Source: a bacterium
Lineage (GTDB): Bacteria; DUMJ01
DNA length: 64,000 bases
NCBI GenBank assembly: GCA_012839925.1
Contig: DUMJ01000083.1
Coordinates: forward strand, 3,116 to 67,115
Direction: 5' to 3'
Part shown: in pieces, positions 43,359 to 52,842 of the stretch
Numbering within the stretch: the stretch's first letter is position 1
How the letters are laid out: every line of letters starts with the position of its first letter
Notes under the pieces: model-generated
What the model was told of the DNA's origin: nothing
The model's database searches: none
What the model saw: only the letters and a program-made list of their open reading frames with translations
Translations under genes and position numbers: made by a program

Positions 43359-46163
43359 CTACTTTGCTTTAATATTAAATAAAAATCTCCCCGAACCCAA
43401 AGTGAAACTCAAAAGGTCCAGTTCCTCTTTAACGCTATATACACCATCCACCTTTTCTATCCAGGTACTATTTGACCAGATCACTCTATCATCCTCTTCG
43501 ACCACAAGAGGTGTATACAGTTTGGGTATCCTGAGTTCTCCCTCTACGTTGACAGGTAAAACTACTACAAGTTTTACTGAGTCTTCCAGTTTTTCCCAGT
43601 TTACATCTATAGTTCCCTTGGGGGTGCAGATAGATGCCCTTACATATTTCAAATCTTCCAGTATCTTTGGCTCCAATAACACCTTATCCCAGCCCGGGGC
43701 TATACACTTTATACCTCCGAGAGACTTGTAGAACCATGGATCTACAGTACCAAACATTATATGATTATGGGAATTCATTCCACCAGAGGTGAGTTTTTCC
43801 CATCTCTCCCACACAGTAGTTGCACCCTCTTCTATCATATATCCCCAGCCTGGATAAGTCCTCTGAGTAGCTATCTTATATGCTATGTCAACATAACCAT
43901 TCTCAGTCAAAACATCAAATATATATCTTGTACCGACTATCCCTGTGTCCAGATGGTAATCATGATTATTCTTTATATCATTTATTAACGCATTTAAGAT
44001 TGTCTCCTTTTTATCCTCAGGAACCATATTAAGATATAGAGGGAGGATGTTTATAGTCTGACTTGTAAATGTTGTTGCAAATATCCCTTGCTGCATAAAT
44101 TGTTTCATCCTTTCCCTCTCATCCGGATCCATAGCAGATAAAATCATCTCTATAATCTGGGAAGCCATCTCTTCTGATATATTTGGCTTTATAGAAACAG
44201 CATAGGACCTCTCTTTTAAATATTGCTTATTAAATGCAGCCTTTATGTCTTCTGCCAGCTTAGAATATTTAGTATGATCTTCTCTTTTACCCAGAATATC
44301 TGCTATCCTGGAGAGGGTCAATGTATCATTGTAATAGCACCAGGTAGAAACAAGTTCTCCAGAGAGGTCTTTAGCCCTTATGCTTCCTGGAGGACACCAG
44401 TCTCCATACTTGGAGAATCTCAAAATATTATCAGGTGCAAGTCCAGTTAAGAAATCTACATATTTCTTTAACCCTTCATAGTGGTCCTTCAATACCTCGG
44501 TATCCCCGTAGTACTGGTAGAGATACCAGGCTATAGTGATATAGGCGGTTCCCCAGGCAGGGTCTGCTGGATAGATACTCCAGTATGGCGGGACAACATC
44601 AGAGACACTCCCATTCTCCTTCTGAGCATCTTTTATATCATCAAGATATTTTATATAAAAGCTAGCCATATCAAAATTATAAATAGCCTCTTCTACTGTA
44701 AGTTGAGCATCTCCCATCCATCCCATCCTCTCATCCCTCTGCGGACAGTCTGTCGGTATGCTCATAAGGTTACTCAACTGACCCCACAGGATATTCCCGT
44801 GTATCTTATTAATCAGCTCGTTGGAACAATTAAACTCTCCCACCTGACGTACAGAGGAATAGACAACACAACCTTCAAGGGTATCAAGGGTAGGAACACC
44901 TGGAAATCCGGTAAGCTCCACATAACGGAAGCCGTGATATGTAAATCTTGGCTCATATATCTCCAAGCCATCACCCCTGGTGATGTAGATATCAGTAGCC
45001 CTTGCCCCTCTGGTAGGTGTAAGATTTATATTCCCATCGTCATATATAAGCTCGGCAAATCTAAGCTTTATCTCTGTCCCTTCCGGACCATTCACATATA
45101 ATCTTACCCAACCGGTGAAGTTCTGCCCAAAATCATATACGTATACCCCTGGCTTTGGACTTATAATCTTTTGCGGCTTCAACGTCTTAATAACCTTTAC
45201 AGGGGGCATAAGCTCAGCTACCAATCTTCCCCCCGGAGGGTCGACCAGCTTTACCTTTTCCCAGTTAACATCATTAAAATCTGACAGATTCCAGGATGGT
45301 ATCTCTCTCCTTGCATCATAATCTTCACCGTAATATATTCCATTTGCCTTTATTGGTCCATAACTTGTCTTCCAGGTATCATCACTGACAACCACTTCAG
45401 TAGTTCCATCCAGATATTCTATCTCAAGTTGCAAGATCATCCTGGGAAAATCATACCCGTAATCTTTAACATATCTTCCATTCCCCAGCATAACACCAAT
45501 GGCATTAGCTCCGGTGTTCAATTCATCTGTAACGTCATATATAGAGTATAAAACTCTCTTTTTATAATCTGTCTGCCCAGGATCGAGGACCTTATCTCCG
45601 ATACGTTTACCGTTTATATAGAGCTCATAAAATCCAAGACCAGAAACGTAAACCCTCGCCCTCTTTATCTGTTTTTCTGCCTTGAATGTCTTTCTAAATA
45701 GTGCAGAGTAAGGGATTGTATAACTTCTAGCAAACGGAATATCCTCTGAACCGATATGGATATACTCATAAGACTCTCTACCTATCCATTTAGCCTTCCA
45801 ATCATCTTCACTAATTAACCCCATTTCAAAAGTAGCTGCATCACTGAATGGACTCATATTACCCTTACTGTCCCACCATCTTACCTTCCAGTAATAAGTC
45901 TTCCTGCTTTCCAGTGCTGGACCATTGTAAACAATCAACTGCGTATTAGAAATAACTTTTCCTGTGTCCCAGACATCTCCAGTATTACTCGCTATACTCT
46001 CTGGAGAACTGGAAACAATTACCTGATAGGCGGACTGTTTTTCTCCTCGATCAGAATGTTCCAGAATCCAGGATAATCTGGGATTTTTCCTGTCAACCCC
46101 CAGGGGATTCACACAGTACTCGCATCTCAGATTGATAGGTGCACAGGGTCCTCTCTTTTTCAT
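43359..46163 (-). CDS. Alpha-L-rhamnosidase (GH78)
   Basis: LRCEY..NPLG, DFGQN.TGW, FTYHGFRYV, PTDCPQRDERMGW.GD, ATTVWERW, NSHNH. Confidence 0.95.
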   Translation of the reverse strand: MKKRGPCAPINLRCEYCVNPLGVDRKNPRLSWILEHSDRGEKQSAYQVIVSSSPESIASNTGDVWDTGKVISNTQLIVYNGPALESRKTYYWKVRWWDSKGNMSPFSDAATFEMGLISEDDWKAKWIGRESYEYIHIGSEDIPFARSYTIPYSALFRKTFKAEKQIKRARVYVSGLGFYELYINGKRIGDKVLDPGQTDYKKRVLYSIYDVTDELNTGANAIGVMLGNGRYVKDYGYDFPRMILQLEIEYLDGTTEVVVSDDTWKTSYGPIKANGIYYGEDYDARREIPSWNLSDFNDVNWEKVKLVDPPGGRLVAELMPPVKVIKTLKPQKIISPKPGVYVYDFGQNFTGWVRLYVNGPEGTEIKLRFAELIYDDGNINLTPTRGARATDIYITRGDGLEIYEPRFTYHGFRYVELTGFPGVPTLDTLEGCVVYSSVRQVGEFNCSNELINKIHGNILWGQLSNLMSIPTDCPQRDERMGWMGDAQLTVEEAIYNFDMASFYIKYLDDIKDAQKENGSVSDVVPPYWSIYPADPAWGTAYITIAWYLYQYYGDTEVLKDHYEGLKKYVDFLTGLAPDNILRFSKYGDWCPPGSIRAKDLSGELVSTWCYYNDTLTLSRIADILGKREDHTKYSKLAEDIKAAFNKQYLKERSYAVSIKPNISEEMASQIIEMILSAMDPDERERMKQFMQQGIFATTFTSQTINILPLYLNMVPEDKKETILNALINDIKNNHDYHLDTGIVGTRYIFDVLTENGYVDIAYKIATQRTYPGWGYMIEEGATTVWERWEKLTSGGMNSHNHIMFGTVDPWFYKSLGGIKCIAPGWDKVLLEPKILEDLKYVRASICTPKGTIDVNWEKLEDSVKLVVVLPVNVEGELRIPKLYTPLVVEEDDRVIWSNSTWIEKVDGVYSVKEELDLLSFTLGSGRFLFNIKAK

Positions 46164-46230
46164 ATCTCTTTTCCTCCTTTTTCTTTAATATTACCTTTCT
46201 CATTCTATCACAGGTTTATATAAATGCAAT

Positions 46231-47226
46231 CTAACTCTTCTTTACCAGAAGAGTTAGGAAAAAAGGTGCGCCTATAAGAGAAGTAACTATACCAACTGGA
46301 ATTTCAGTTGGTGAAATGACAGTCCTTGCTATCAGGTCTGAAAGTGTCAATAATATTGCTCCACCCAATAAACTGGCCGGGAATAATCTTCTGTTATCCG
46401 GACCTATTAAGATCCTGAGTATGTGAGGGACAATCAATCCAACAAAACCTATCACACCACTGACAGAGACCGCACTGGCAGTTAAAAGTGATGTGAGGAT
46501 TATAATAATCCTTCTTATCTGTCTCACATTAACCCCTAGATTCTGAGCCTGCTCATCTCCAAGAAGCATTATATTCAGTTCTCTAGTAAAAAAAGACAGT
46601 ATCAGGATAGAAATAATAAAGTAGGGGAGTAGAATCTTTACATGTTCCCATCCTCTACCCGAAAATCCGCCCATAAGCCAGTATAGAGATTCATGCAGAG
46701 ATGTATTACTCAATAAAAGAAGAAAGGAGATCAAACTGGAGAGGAAGGCATTTATTGCCAATCCGGCCAGCAGAAGATTTAACAGCTGGTTATGTCTTCC
46801 TTTAGATGAGATGGCATAAACAAGAAAAACAGTGGATATACCTCCAATAAAGGCAAATACAGGCATAGAACTTAATCCCAATAATGGTAATTCAATCCTG
46901 AAGACTATAGAAACCACTGCTCCAAGGGCAGCACCAGAAGATACACCTATTATATAAGCGTCAGCCATAGGATTTATAAGCAAAGATTGAAATACAGCCC
47001 CTGCTCCACCAAGAGAAGCTCCCACCAGCAGAGCAAGTATTACCCTGGGAAGCCTTATCTGAGTGATGATACTATTTACCCCTGACACTTCTCTGAAAAA
47101 GATGATACTCTTTATTACTTCTGAAAATGGGAAATAAACGGTTCCGATAGAAATTCCCAGAAGGAATACTATAAAAGAGATAAATGAAAGGGCAATAAAA
47201 AACGCTATAATCTTCCTTCTGCTCAT
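46231..47226 (-). CDS. FecCD/BtuC family ABC permease
   Basis: IRLPR, NPMAD...GVSSGA, LGDEQA..LG, G.IGFVGLIVPH, EIPVG. Confidence 0.92.
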   Translation of the reverse strand: MSRRKIIAFFIALSFISFIVFLLGISIGTVYFPFSEVIKSIIFFREVSGVNSIITQIRLPRVILALLVGASLGGAGAVFQSLLINPMADAYIIGVSSGAALGAVVSIVFRIELPLLGLSSMPVFAFIGGISTVFLVYAISSKGRHNQLLNLLLAGLAINAFLSSLISFLLLLSNTSLHESLYWLMGGFSGRGWEHVKILLPYFIISILILSFFTRELNIMLLGDEQAQNLGVNVRQIRRIIIILTSLLTASAVSVSGVIGFVGLIVPHILRILIGPDNRRLFPASLLGGAILLTLSDLIARTVISPTEIPVGIVTSLIGAPFFLTLLVKKS

Positions 47227-47227
47227 C

Positions 47228-48040
47228 TCAAATCAATCTACTGAGAAATTCTTTCGCCCTCAAGATATCTCTTATCTGGTTCTCTCCTGAGATTTCCCTC
47301 TCTATAGTTAAGGCACCATCATAACCACACATCTTTAATCTGGCTATAAATTCAGGATAGTTAACTCTTCCCTCCCCTAATGGTTTCTCCACACCGAGAG
47401 ACCTTCCTCCTGTCGGGTATTCTCCATCTTTAGCATGGACTCCTCTTACAAATCTACCAATTATATCTAGGGCATCTACAGGATTAGCCTTACCATACAT
47501 TAATAGATTAGCCGGATCTAGGTTTACACCCAGGTTTTTCATACCTATATCTTCTATAGCCCTGAGAAGTGTAGTTGGAGTCTCCTGTCCTGTCTCAAAA
47601 CAGAAATACTGTCCATTATAATCACAATATCTCACTATCTCTTTAAGCAGAGAGATAAGACCAGGATACAAGGGGTCATTTGGATTCTCTGGAATAAAAC
47701 CAACGTGTGTTACTATATTTTCTACTCCTATCAATTTGGCAAAATCAGAACCTCTCTTCAATGCCTCTAGCCTGACATAACGATATTCAGGGGGAACTAA
47801 CCCAAGAGTCAGTGGACCTTCTATAAAGTTCCATACACGGGGTCCAGGCCATCCTACCCAGAGATGAGTAATCTCAACTCCCCACCTATCTGCAGATTCT
47901 CTAAGTGCCCGGGCATTATCTCCTGTAAAGAGTTCAGTGTTCCAGCTTACAACCTGACAGGTGGATAAACCTAAATCTTTTACTTTCTTTATTGCTGGCT
48001 CTATACCTTCTACCAGAGATACTACTACTCCTAGCTTCAT
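47228..48040 (-). CDS. Sugar phosphate isomerase/epimerase (TIM barrel)
   Basis: THVGFIPE, FETGQE, NLDPANL, HAKDG, LTIERE. Confidence 0.85.
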   Translation of the reverse strand: MKLGVVVSLVEGIEPAIKKVKDLGLSTCQVVSWNTELFTGDNARALRESADRWGVEITHLWVGWPGPRVWNFIEGPLTLGLVPPEYRYVRLEALKRGSDFAKLIGVENIVTHVGFIPENPNDPLYPGLISLLKEIVRYCDYNGQYFCFETGQETPTTLLRAIEDIGMKNLGVNLDPANLLMYGKANPVDALDIIGRFVRGVHAKDGEYPTGGRSLGVEKPLGEGRVNYPEFIARLKMCGYDGALTIEREISGENQIRDILRAKEFLSRLI

Positions 48041-48058
48041 AAGCTCATCCCTCCTGTT

Positions 48059-48718
48059 TTATGATTCACTTTGAATATTTCCCCTCTTAATCCTCTTACC
48101 AGTTACTATGTAAAATATCCTCTCCCCTATATTTGTAACATGGTCACCTGCTCTTTCTAAGTATCTGGCAACCTGAGTGAGATAGATCACATTGGTAATA
48201 AGTCTTGGGGTTTCCAGGATATAGCTTAAAAGTTCCCTGAAGACCTGGTCATAGAGAGCATCGATCTCCCTGTCAAGCTCCCAGATAGAATCTATATACG
48301 AAAGATCGTAGCTTTCCAGAGCTGACTCGCATCTAGATATCATATCGACTACATTTTCTGCCATAGCCGGTATATCGATAAGGGGCTTAAGGGTGGGTTT
48401 ACTGGCAAGGACTTTAGCAGAATCTGCCACATGGGTTGCATAATCTCCGATACGTTCTGCATCTGTTATAATCTTCCATATACCACTGATAAATCTAATA
48501 TCCTCTTCCTTATCAAGATTTCTGAGAGACTTTATACACATATCCTCTATCTTCAATTCAAGCTCATCTACATATTTATCCCCCTCCACAACTCTATCGG
48601 CAAGGATTTCATCCTTATTTACCAGAGAGTCAATTCCGTCTTTGATATTCTTTTTAGATACTGATAGCATCTCCAGAGTAAGACTCTTAATCAAATCTAA
48701 ATAAGTATTATCCTCCAT
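48059..48718 (-). CDS. phoU: Phosphate signalling/transport regulator PhoU
   Basis: Two PhoU repeats (D.ERIGD, LERAGDH.TNI.E). Start moved to ATG 48718 (AAGGAGG SD). Confidence 0.92.
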   Translation of the reverse strand: MEDNTYLDLIKSLTLEMLSVSKKNIKDGIDSLVNKDEILADRVVEGDKYVDELELKIEDMCIKSLRNLDKEEDIRFISGIWKIITDAERIGDYATHVADSAKVLASKPTLKPLIDIPAMAENVVDMISRCESALESYDLSYIDSIWELDREIDALYDQVFRELLSYILETPRLITNVIYLTQVARYLERAGDHVTNIGERIFYIVTGKRIKRGNIQSES

Positions 48719-48755
48719 AGAAGCTCCCTCCTTAAGTGGTCTTTCTACACCTAGT

Positions 48756-48812
48756 AGTATATCAGAAGAGAACTGTATAGGCAAGCTTGACAGTTTGGAG
48801 TTATGTTATAAT
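48756..48812. promoter_or_regulatory. Back-to-back promoters for phoU (-) and the SCIFF operon (+)
   Basis: Minus strand: TTGCCT (48784-48779)-17-TATACT (48761-48756). Plus strand: TTGACA 48787 and extended -10 TGT-TATAAT (48807), 14-bp spacer. Confidence 0.6.
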
Positions 48813-48846
48813 AGATACATTAAAAGATACGATACTGGAGGGATGT

Positions 48847-49014
48847 ATGAAAAAACACATTAGGGTAATATTAGATTCGCCAATAGCAAAGAAAGAAGAG
48901 ATAGAGAAATGTCAGGAGTGTCAAACCCCTTGCAGGTCTGCATGTAAAACTAGTATGACGGTTGGAAATCTGGTATGTGAGGTAAAGAAATCAGTAGGGA
49001 AATGGACCTGGTAA
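48847..49014 (+). CDS. scfA: SCIFF-family ranthipeptide precursor (five-Cys variant, 55 aa)
   Basis: MKKHIRV...CQECQTPCRSACKTSMTVGNLVCE; GGAGGG SD before ATG 48847; overlaps the radical SAM gene. Confidence 0.88.
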   Translation: MKKHIRVILDSPIAKKEEIEKCQECQTPCRSACKTSMTVGNLVCEVKKSVGKWTW

Positions 49015-50300
49015 CGAGAGACTGGCATCTATTCTCTATAAGGGGGGAACATTTTCTATTCAACAGCTTAGGTTCTCTGTATCAGTTAGATGAAGAAGCC
49101 AGGAGTGCTATGGATACCCTTTATAGAGGAGGATCTCTTGATATCTCAGAAGATGTATATGGAGAGATAGAAGAGATATTGTCCTCATATAAACCTCTGG
49201 AGATATATGAACCGGAGGATTTAAGATTAAAATCTCTCTGTCTGAACGTGTCTCACTCCTGCAATATGTCTTGCAGCTATTGCTTTGCCACTCATAACCT
49301 CTCTTACAGGATGTCCCTGATGCCTCTAGAGATAGCCTGTAGGGCTATAGACTTTTTAATAGATTCTTCCAAAGATATAAAGAATATCGAGATAGATTTT
49401 TTCGGAGGAGAGCCGCTGCTAAATCTGGAAGTAGTCAAAAATGCCACTATATATGGAAAGACCAGGGCGTTAAATTCAGGAAAAAACTTGAGATTCACGC
49501 TCACAACCAACGGACTACTTTTAGACAGTAAGACGTTAGACCTATTAGATGAACTGGAGATAAGTATAGTATTGAGCCTTGACGGGGGAGAAGATACACA
49601 CAACAAATTTAGACGGCTTTTAAATGGTGGAGGAAGTTTTAAGACTATACTTCCAAATGCAAAAGAACTTGCAGAGAGAAGACAGGACGGAGGATATTAC
49701 ATAAGGGGAACATATACAGCTGAAACATTAAACTTCTCTGATAGCTTTAAAAAATTTGTAGACTTCGGATTCAGGTATATCTCACTGGAACCTGTAGTTA
49801 CAAACGATCCTAAGCTTTCAATAAGAGAAGAGCATCTACCTGTATTAAGAGCGGAGTATCAAAAGATAGCAGAAGAATGTCTGAGTAGAGATGTAAAGTT
49901 TTTCCACTTCGAACTACCTATGGAAGAAGGCGCATGTCTACCAAGATTAGCCCGGGGTTGTGGGGCCGGAGTAGAGTATATGGCAGTTACCCCATCAGGA
50001 GAGCTTTATCCCTGTCATCAGTTTGTTGGTTATGAAGGTTTCAAGCTGGGAGACCTGTATACCGGGCATATTGATGAAAGTCTAAGGAAACAATTTCTTA
50101 GACTGAACAGTATCGACAGTAAAGAAGCCTGTAATAACTGCTGGGTCAGATATCTCTGTGGTGGAGGATGTCTTGCAAATAATTATATAATGAGTAAAAA
50201 TATCACAGAGCCATACAGTACTGGATGTGAAATACAGAAGATGAGAATAGAATACGCCCTGTGGTTAAGGGCAAAGAAATCTTTGGAGGTGAAGGTATGA
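49002..50300 (+). CDS. scfB: Radical SAM/SPASM ranthipeptide maturase (CteB-like)
   Basis: LCLNVSHSCNMSCSYCFA, DFFGGEPL, TTNG, YYIRGT, GCGAG.EYMAVTP.G.LYPCHQF, CxxCW.RYLCGGGC. Confidence 0.92.
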   Translation: MDLVTRDWHLFSIRGEHFLFNSLGSLYQLDEEARSAMDTLYRGGSLDISEDVYGEIEEILSSYKPLEIYEPEDLRLKSLCLNVSHSCNMSCSYCFATHNLSYRMSLMPLEIACRAIDFLIDSSKDIKNIEIDFFGGEPLLNLEVVKNATIYGKTRALNSGKNLRFTLTTNGLLLDSKTLDLLDELEISIVLSLDGGEDTHNKFRRLLNGGGSFKTILPNAKELAERRQDGGYYIRGTYTAETLNFSDSFKKFVDFGFRYISLEPVVTNDPKLSIREEHLPVLRAEYQKIAEECLSRDVKFFHFELPMEEGACLPRLARGCGAGVEYMAVTPSGELYPCHQFVGYEGFKLGDLYTGHIDESLRKQFLRLNSIDSKEACNNCWVRYLCGGGCLANNYIMSKNITEPYSTGCEIQKMRIEYALWLRAKKSLEVKV

Positions 50301-50968
50301 AATCCAGAGTTTTAGTACTGGCTGTTATGTTTCTTTTACTATCTGGAACCTTGGCTAATGCTAGAAGCTTATCAAGCTGGGGACCAACCGGCATAGCAGA
50401 GATTCCAACTGCAGATGTATTGGATTTTGGTGTAGGTTTGGCTCCAAGTTTAGGTTTTTATAGCTATACGGAATCTGGAAGCAGTTATACATCAAGCTTG
50501 CTGAGAGTACCAGTTACTGTAGGACTGGGACTTGGTTTTGAGTTTGGAGTCACTCAAGTTAGCCTGAGTACTGATGAACCAGGAGTGTCAGAGGCATCTG
50601 GACTTCTCATCCATGCCAAGGCTAATCTGGTACCTGAAAGGGCTGTTGTTCCTGGAGTTTCGATAGGTGGAATCTTTGATCCGAGCAGTGTTTTAGGTCC
50701 AAGCTCGTTCTACCTGGTCGCATCAAAAGGTATTGGAAATCTAAAGGGACATATAGGAATAGGGAATGGAATATATGGTGTGGGGGATCAATTCAGCATA
50801 TTTGGAGGTTTAGATTTTCAGCTTACAGATAAGACAGAGCTTATAGGATTCTACAAATCAGAGAGTCTTGGATTGGCACTGAGTGTGGATATCTTACCGA
50901 TACTAAATGCTACGGTAACTTATCACGAAGGAGTAGTCTTACAGCTAGGAGTTTCTATAGGTTTATAA
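50297..50968 (+). CDS. Exported, probably outer-membrane beta-barrel protein (YjbH-domain-like)
   Basis: ATG 50297 overlaps the scfB stop; signal peptide; G.TGI.EIPTADVL; alternating beta-strands ending LGVSIGL. Confidence 0.65.
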   Translation: MKSRVLVLAVMFLLLSGTLANARSLSSWGPTGIAEIPTADVLDFGVGLAPSLGFYSYTESGSSYTSSLLRVPVTVGLGLGFEFGVTQVSLSTDEPGVSEASGLLIHAKANLVPERAVVPGVSIGGIFDPSSVLGPSSFYLVASKGIGNLKGHIGIGNGIYGVGDQFSIFGGLDFQLTDKTELIGFYKSESLGLALSVDILPILNATVTYHEGVVLQLGVSIGL

Positions 50969-50971
50969 ACT

Positions 50972-51409
50972 ATGGTACAGATCCTCGTAGTGGATGGATT
51001 AGGTGGAGGGTTAGGGGCTGAGATTGTATCGGGACTCAAGAAAGTACCGGACATAGAGATAGTTGCAGCTGGGACCAATTCTTTTGCCACTGGGAATATG
51101 CTGAAAGCAGGGGCTTATAGAGGTGCCACCGGTGAAAATGCAATAAAGGTCTGTTCTTCAGAAGCAGATATAATAATGGGTCCATGGGGAATAGTCATAT
51201 CTGACAGCCTTATGGGAGAGATAACATCAGGAATAGCCCTCGCTATATCTTCAAGCAGGGCTACCAAGATTCTCATACCCATATCTCATCCAAAACTCAT
51301 ATTGGTCGGAGAGTCTAATATTCCGCTGAGTAAATTGATAGACATGGCAATAGAAAAAGTAAAGGAGATATTGAATGGAAGAACTTGTCCTCCTGGGAAA
51401 AACATCTAA
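50972..51409 (+). CDS. DUF3842 family protein
   Basis: VVDG.GGG.G, GTNS.AT..MLKAGA..GATGENA, GEIT, KILIP. Confidence 0.8.
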   Translation: MVQILVVDGLGGGLGAEIVSGLKKVPDIEIVAAGTNSFATGNMLKAGAYRGATGENAIKVCSSEADIIMGPWGIVISDSLMGEITSGIALAISSSRATKILIPISHPKLILVGESNIPLSKLIDMAIEKVKEILNGRTCPPGKNI

Positions 51410-51632
51410 CAGGATGGAAGCTGAGGTAATAAAGAGCTATCTGGAGGATAATGGCATTTTTGTATTTCTTAAATCCTCCACAGTTCCCTATGGCGATGGA
51501 CCGTATATGGGGATAGGAGGACCTGTCGAAGTATGGATCCCTGAATCTTCTATAAAAGTCGCCATAGAATTGGTAGAAAAGAAAAAAGAAGAAGAGGGAG
51601 GTGGCTTTCAAATTGATCCCGCTGAGAGATAG
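51375..51632 (+). CDS. DUF2007-like small protein
   Basis: EAEVIKS.LE.NGI...GPVEVWI pattern; AAGGAG SD. Confidence 0.7.
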   Translation: MEELVLLGKTSNRMEAEVIKSYLEDNGIFVFLKSSTVPYGDGPYMGIGGPVEVWIPESSIKVAIELVEKKKEEEGGGFQIDPAER

Positions 51633-52308
51633 TATCCCCTCCAGGGAATTTCCGTTTGTTAACGTAATTTTGATAGTGGCGAACTTTATAGCATTTTTCT
51701 ATGAGATTTCTTTAGGAGCAGAACTGGAAAGATTTATATTTCAATATGGAATAGTGCCAGCCAAGATAGTACATGATATCTCCAATTTAGGCTCTGCCTC
51801 CATAAAGGATATTTTAATTCCTTTTTTTACAGCGATATTCTTGCATGGTGGCTGGTATCATATACTGAGTAATATGTTATATCTATGGATATTCGGAGAT
51901 AATTTAGAAGATAGGATGGGACATCTAAGATATCTTCTTTTCTATCTACTATGTGGTTTTACTTCCAGTCTGGCGCATATAATAACAAATATATCTTCCC
52001 CTATTCCCACCATAGGTGCCAGTGGAGCTATATCTGGAGTACTGGGGGCTTATTTTATAATTTTCCCTGAGGCTAGAGTTCTGACCTTAGTACCATTTGG
52101 ATTTTTCCTCCATATAGCAGCTATACCTGCCTTTCTATTTTTGGGATTCTGGTTTTTCTCTCAAACCTTAAACGGATTAGCCAGTCTTGCCATAAGGACA
52201 GCCATGACGGGAGGAGTTGCCTGGTGGGCTCATATAGGAGGATTCGTCACAGGAGCGATAATTGGAATCAGATATAGAAGACGTTACAGACCGTATTACG
52301 GTTGGTAA
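51601..52308 (+). CDS. Rhomboid family intramembrane serine protease
   Basis: FLHGG..H...NM..LWIFGDNLE, GASGA, VAWWAHIGGF. Confidence 0.93.
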   Translation: MAFKLIPLRDSIPSREFPFVNVILIVANFIAFFYEISLGAELERFIFQYGIVPAKIVHDISNLGSASIKDILIPFFTAIFLHGGWYHILSNMLYLWIFGDNLEDRMGHLRYLLFYLLCGFTSSLAHIITNISSPIPTIGASGAISGVLGAYFIIFPEARVLTLVPFGFFLHIAAIPAFLFLGFWFFSQTLNGLASLAIRTAMTGGVAWWAHIGGFVTGAIIGIRYRRRYRPYYGW

Positions 52309-52320
52309 GGAGGAAATAGT

Positions 52321-52842
52321 ATGGGTGAACATATAAAGACATCTCTTTTATTAGCTATTGTCTGTATTGTCTCTGCAGCTGCACTAGGATATTTCTATAA
52401 ACTTACAACACCGATAATAGAACAGAGGCAGATTTCAGATCAGATCTCTCTGCAGAGAGAAGTCTTGCCTCAGGCTGATGATTTTAAAGAAACAAAAATA
52501 GATGGAGAAAATGTATATCTAGGAATAAGTAGCGGAAAGATCGTGGGGGGAGTAGCTAAAGTTGACGTAAAAGGATATGGTGGGACAATAGAATTGATTG
52601 TGGGAATAGACTCTACAGGAAAGATTACAGGGGTGAGAGTCCTCTCTCATAGTGAGACTCCTGGATTAGGAGAAAAGGCTACCAAAGATAATTATCTCTC
52701 TCAGTTCATAGGTAAGGGCAGTTCTGAAATAAACACTGTAAGGGCTATAACTGGGGCAACAATATCTAGTAATGCAATCAGAAATGGGGTAAATGAAGGA
52801 ATGCAAATCGTTTTAAAAGCCATGGGGAGTCAAAAATTATGA
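52321..52842 (+). CDS. FMN-binding protein, RnfG-like (stand-alone)
   Basis: N-terminal TM, GYGG.I, HSETPGLG, flavinylation motif ITGATISS. Confidence 0.85.
   Translation: MGEHIKTSLLLAIVCIVSAAALGYFYKLTTPIIEQRQISDQISLQREVLPQADDFKETKIDGENVYLGISSGKIVGGVAKVDVKGYGGTIELIVGIDSTGKITGVRVLSHSETPGLGEKATKDNYLSQFIGKGSSEINTVRAITGATISSNAIRNGVNEGMQIVLKAMGSQKL

Noticed and set aside
49002-50300. Radical SAM/SPASM protein as the anaerobic sulfatase maturase for the sulfatase cluster
   Set aside because: It overlaps a SCIFF precursor and has ScfB/CteB-type motifs; it lies over 40 kb from the sulfatases.
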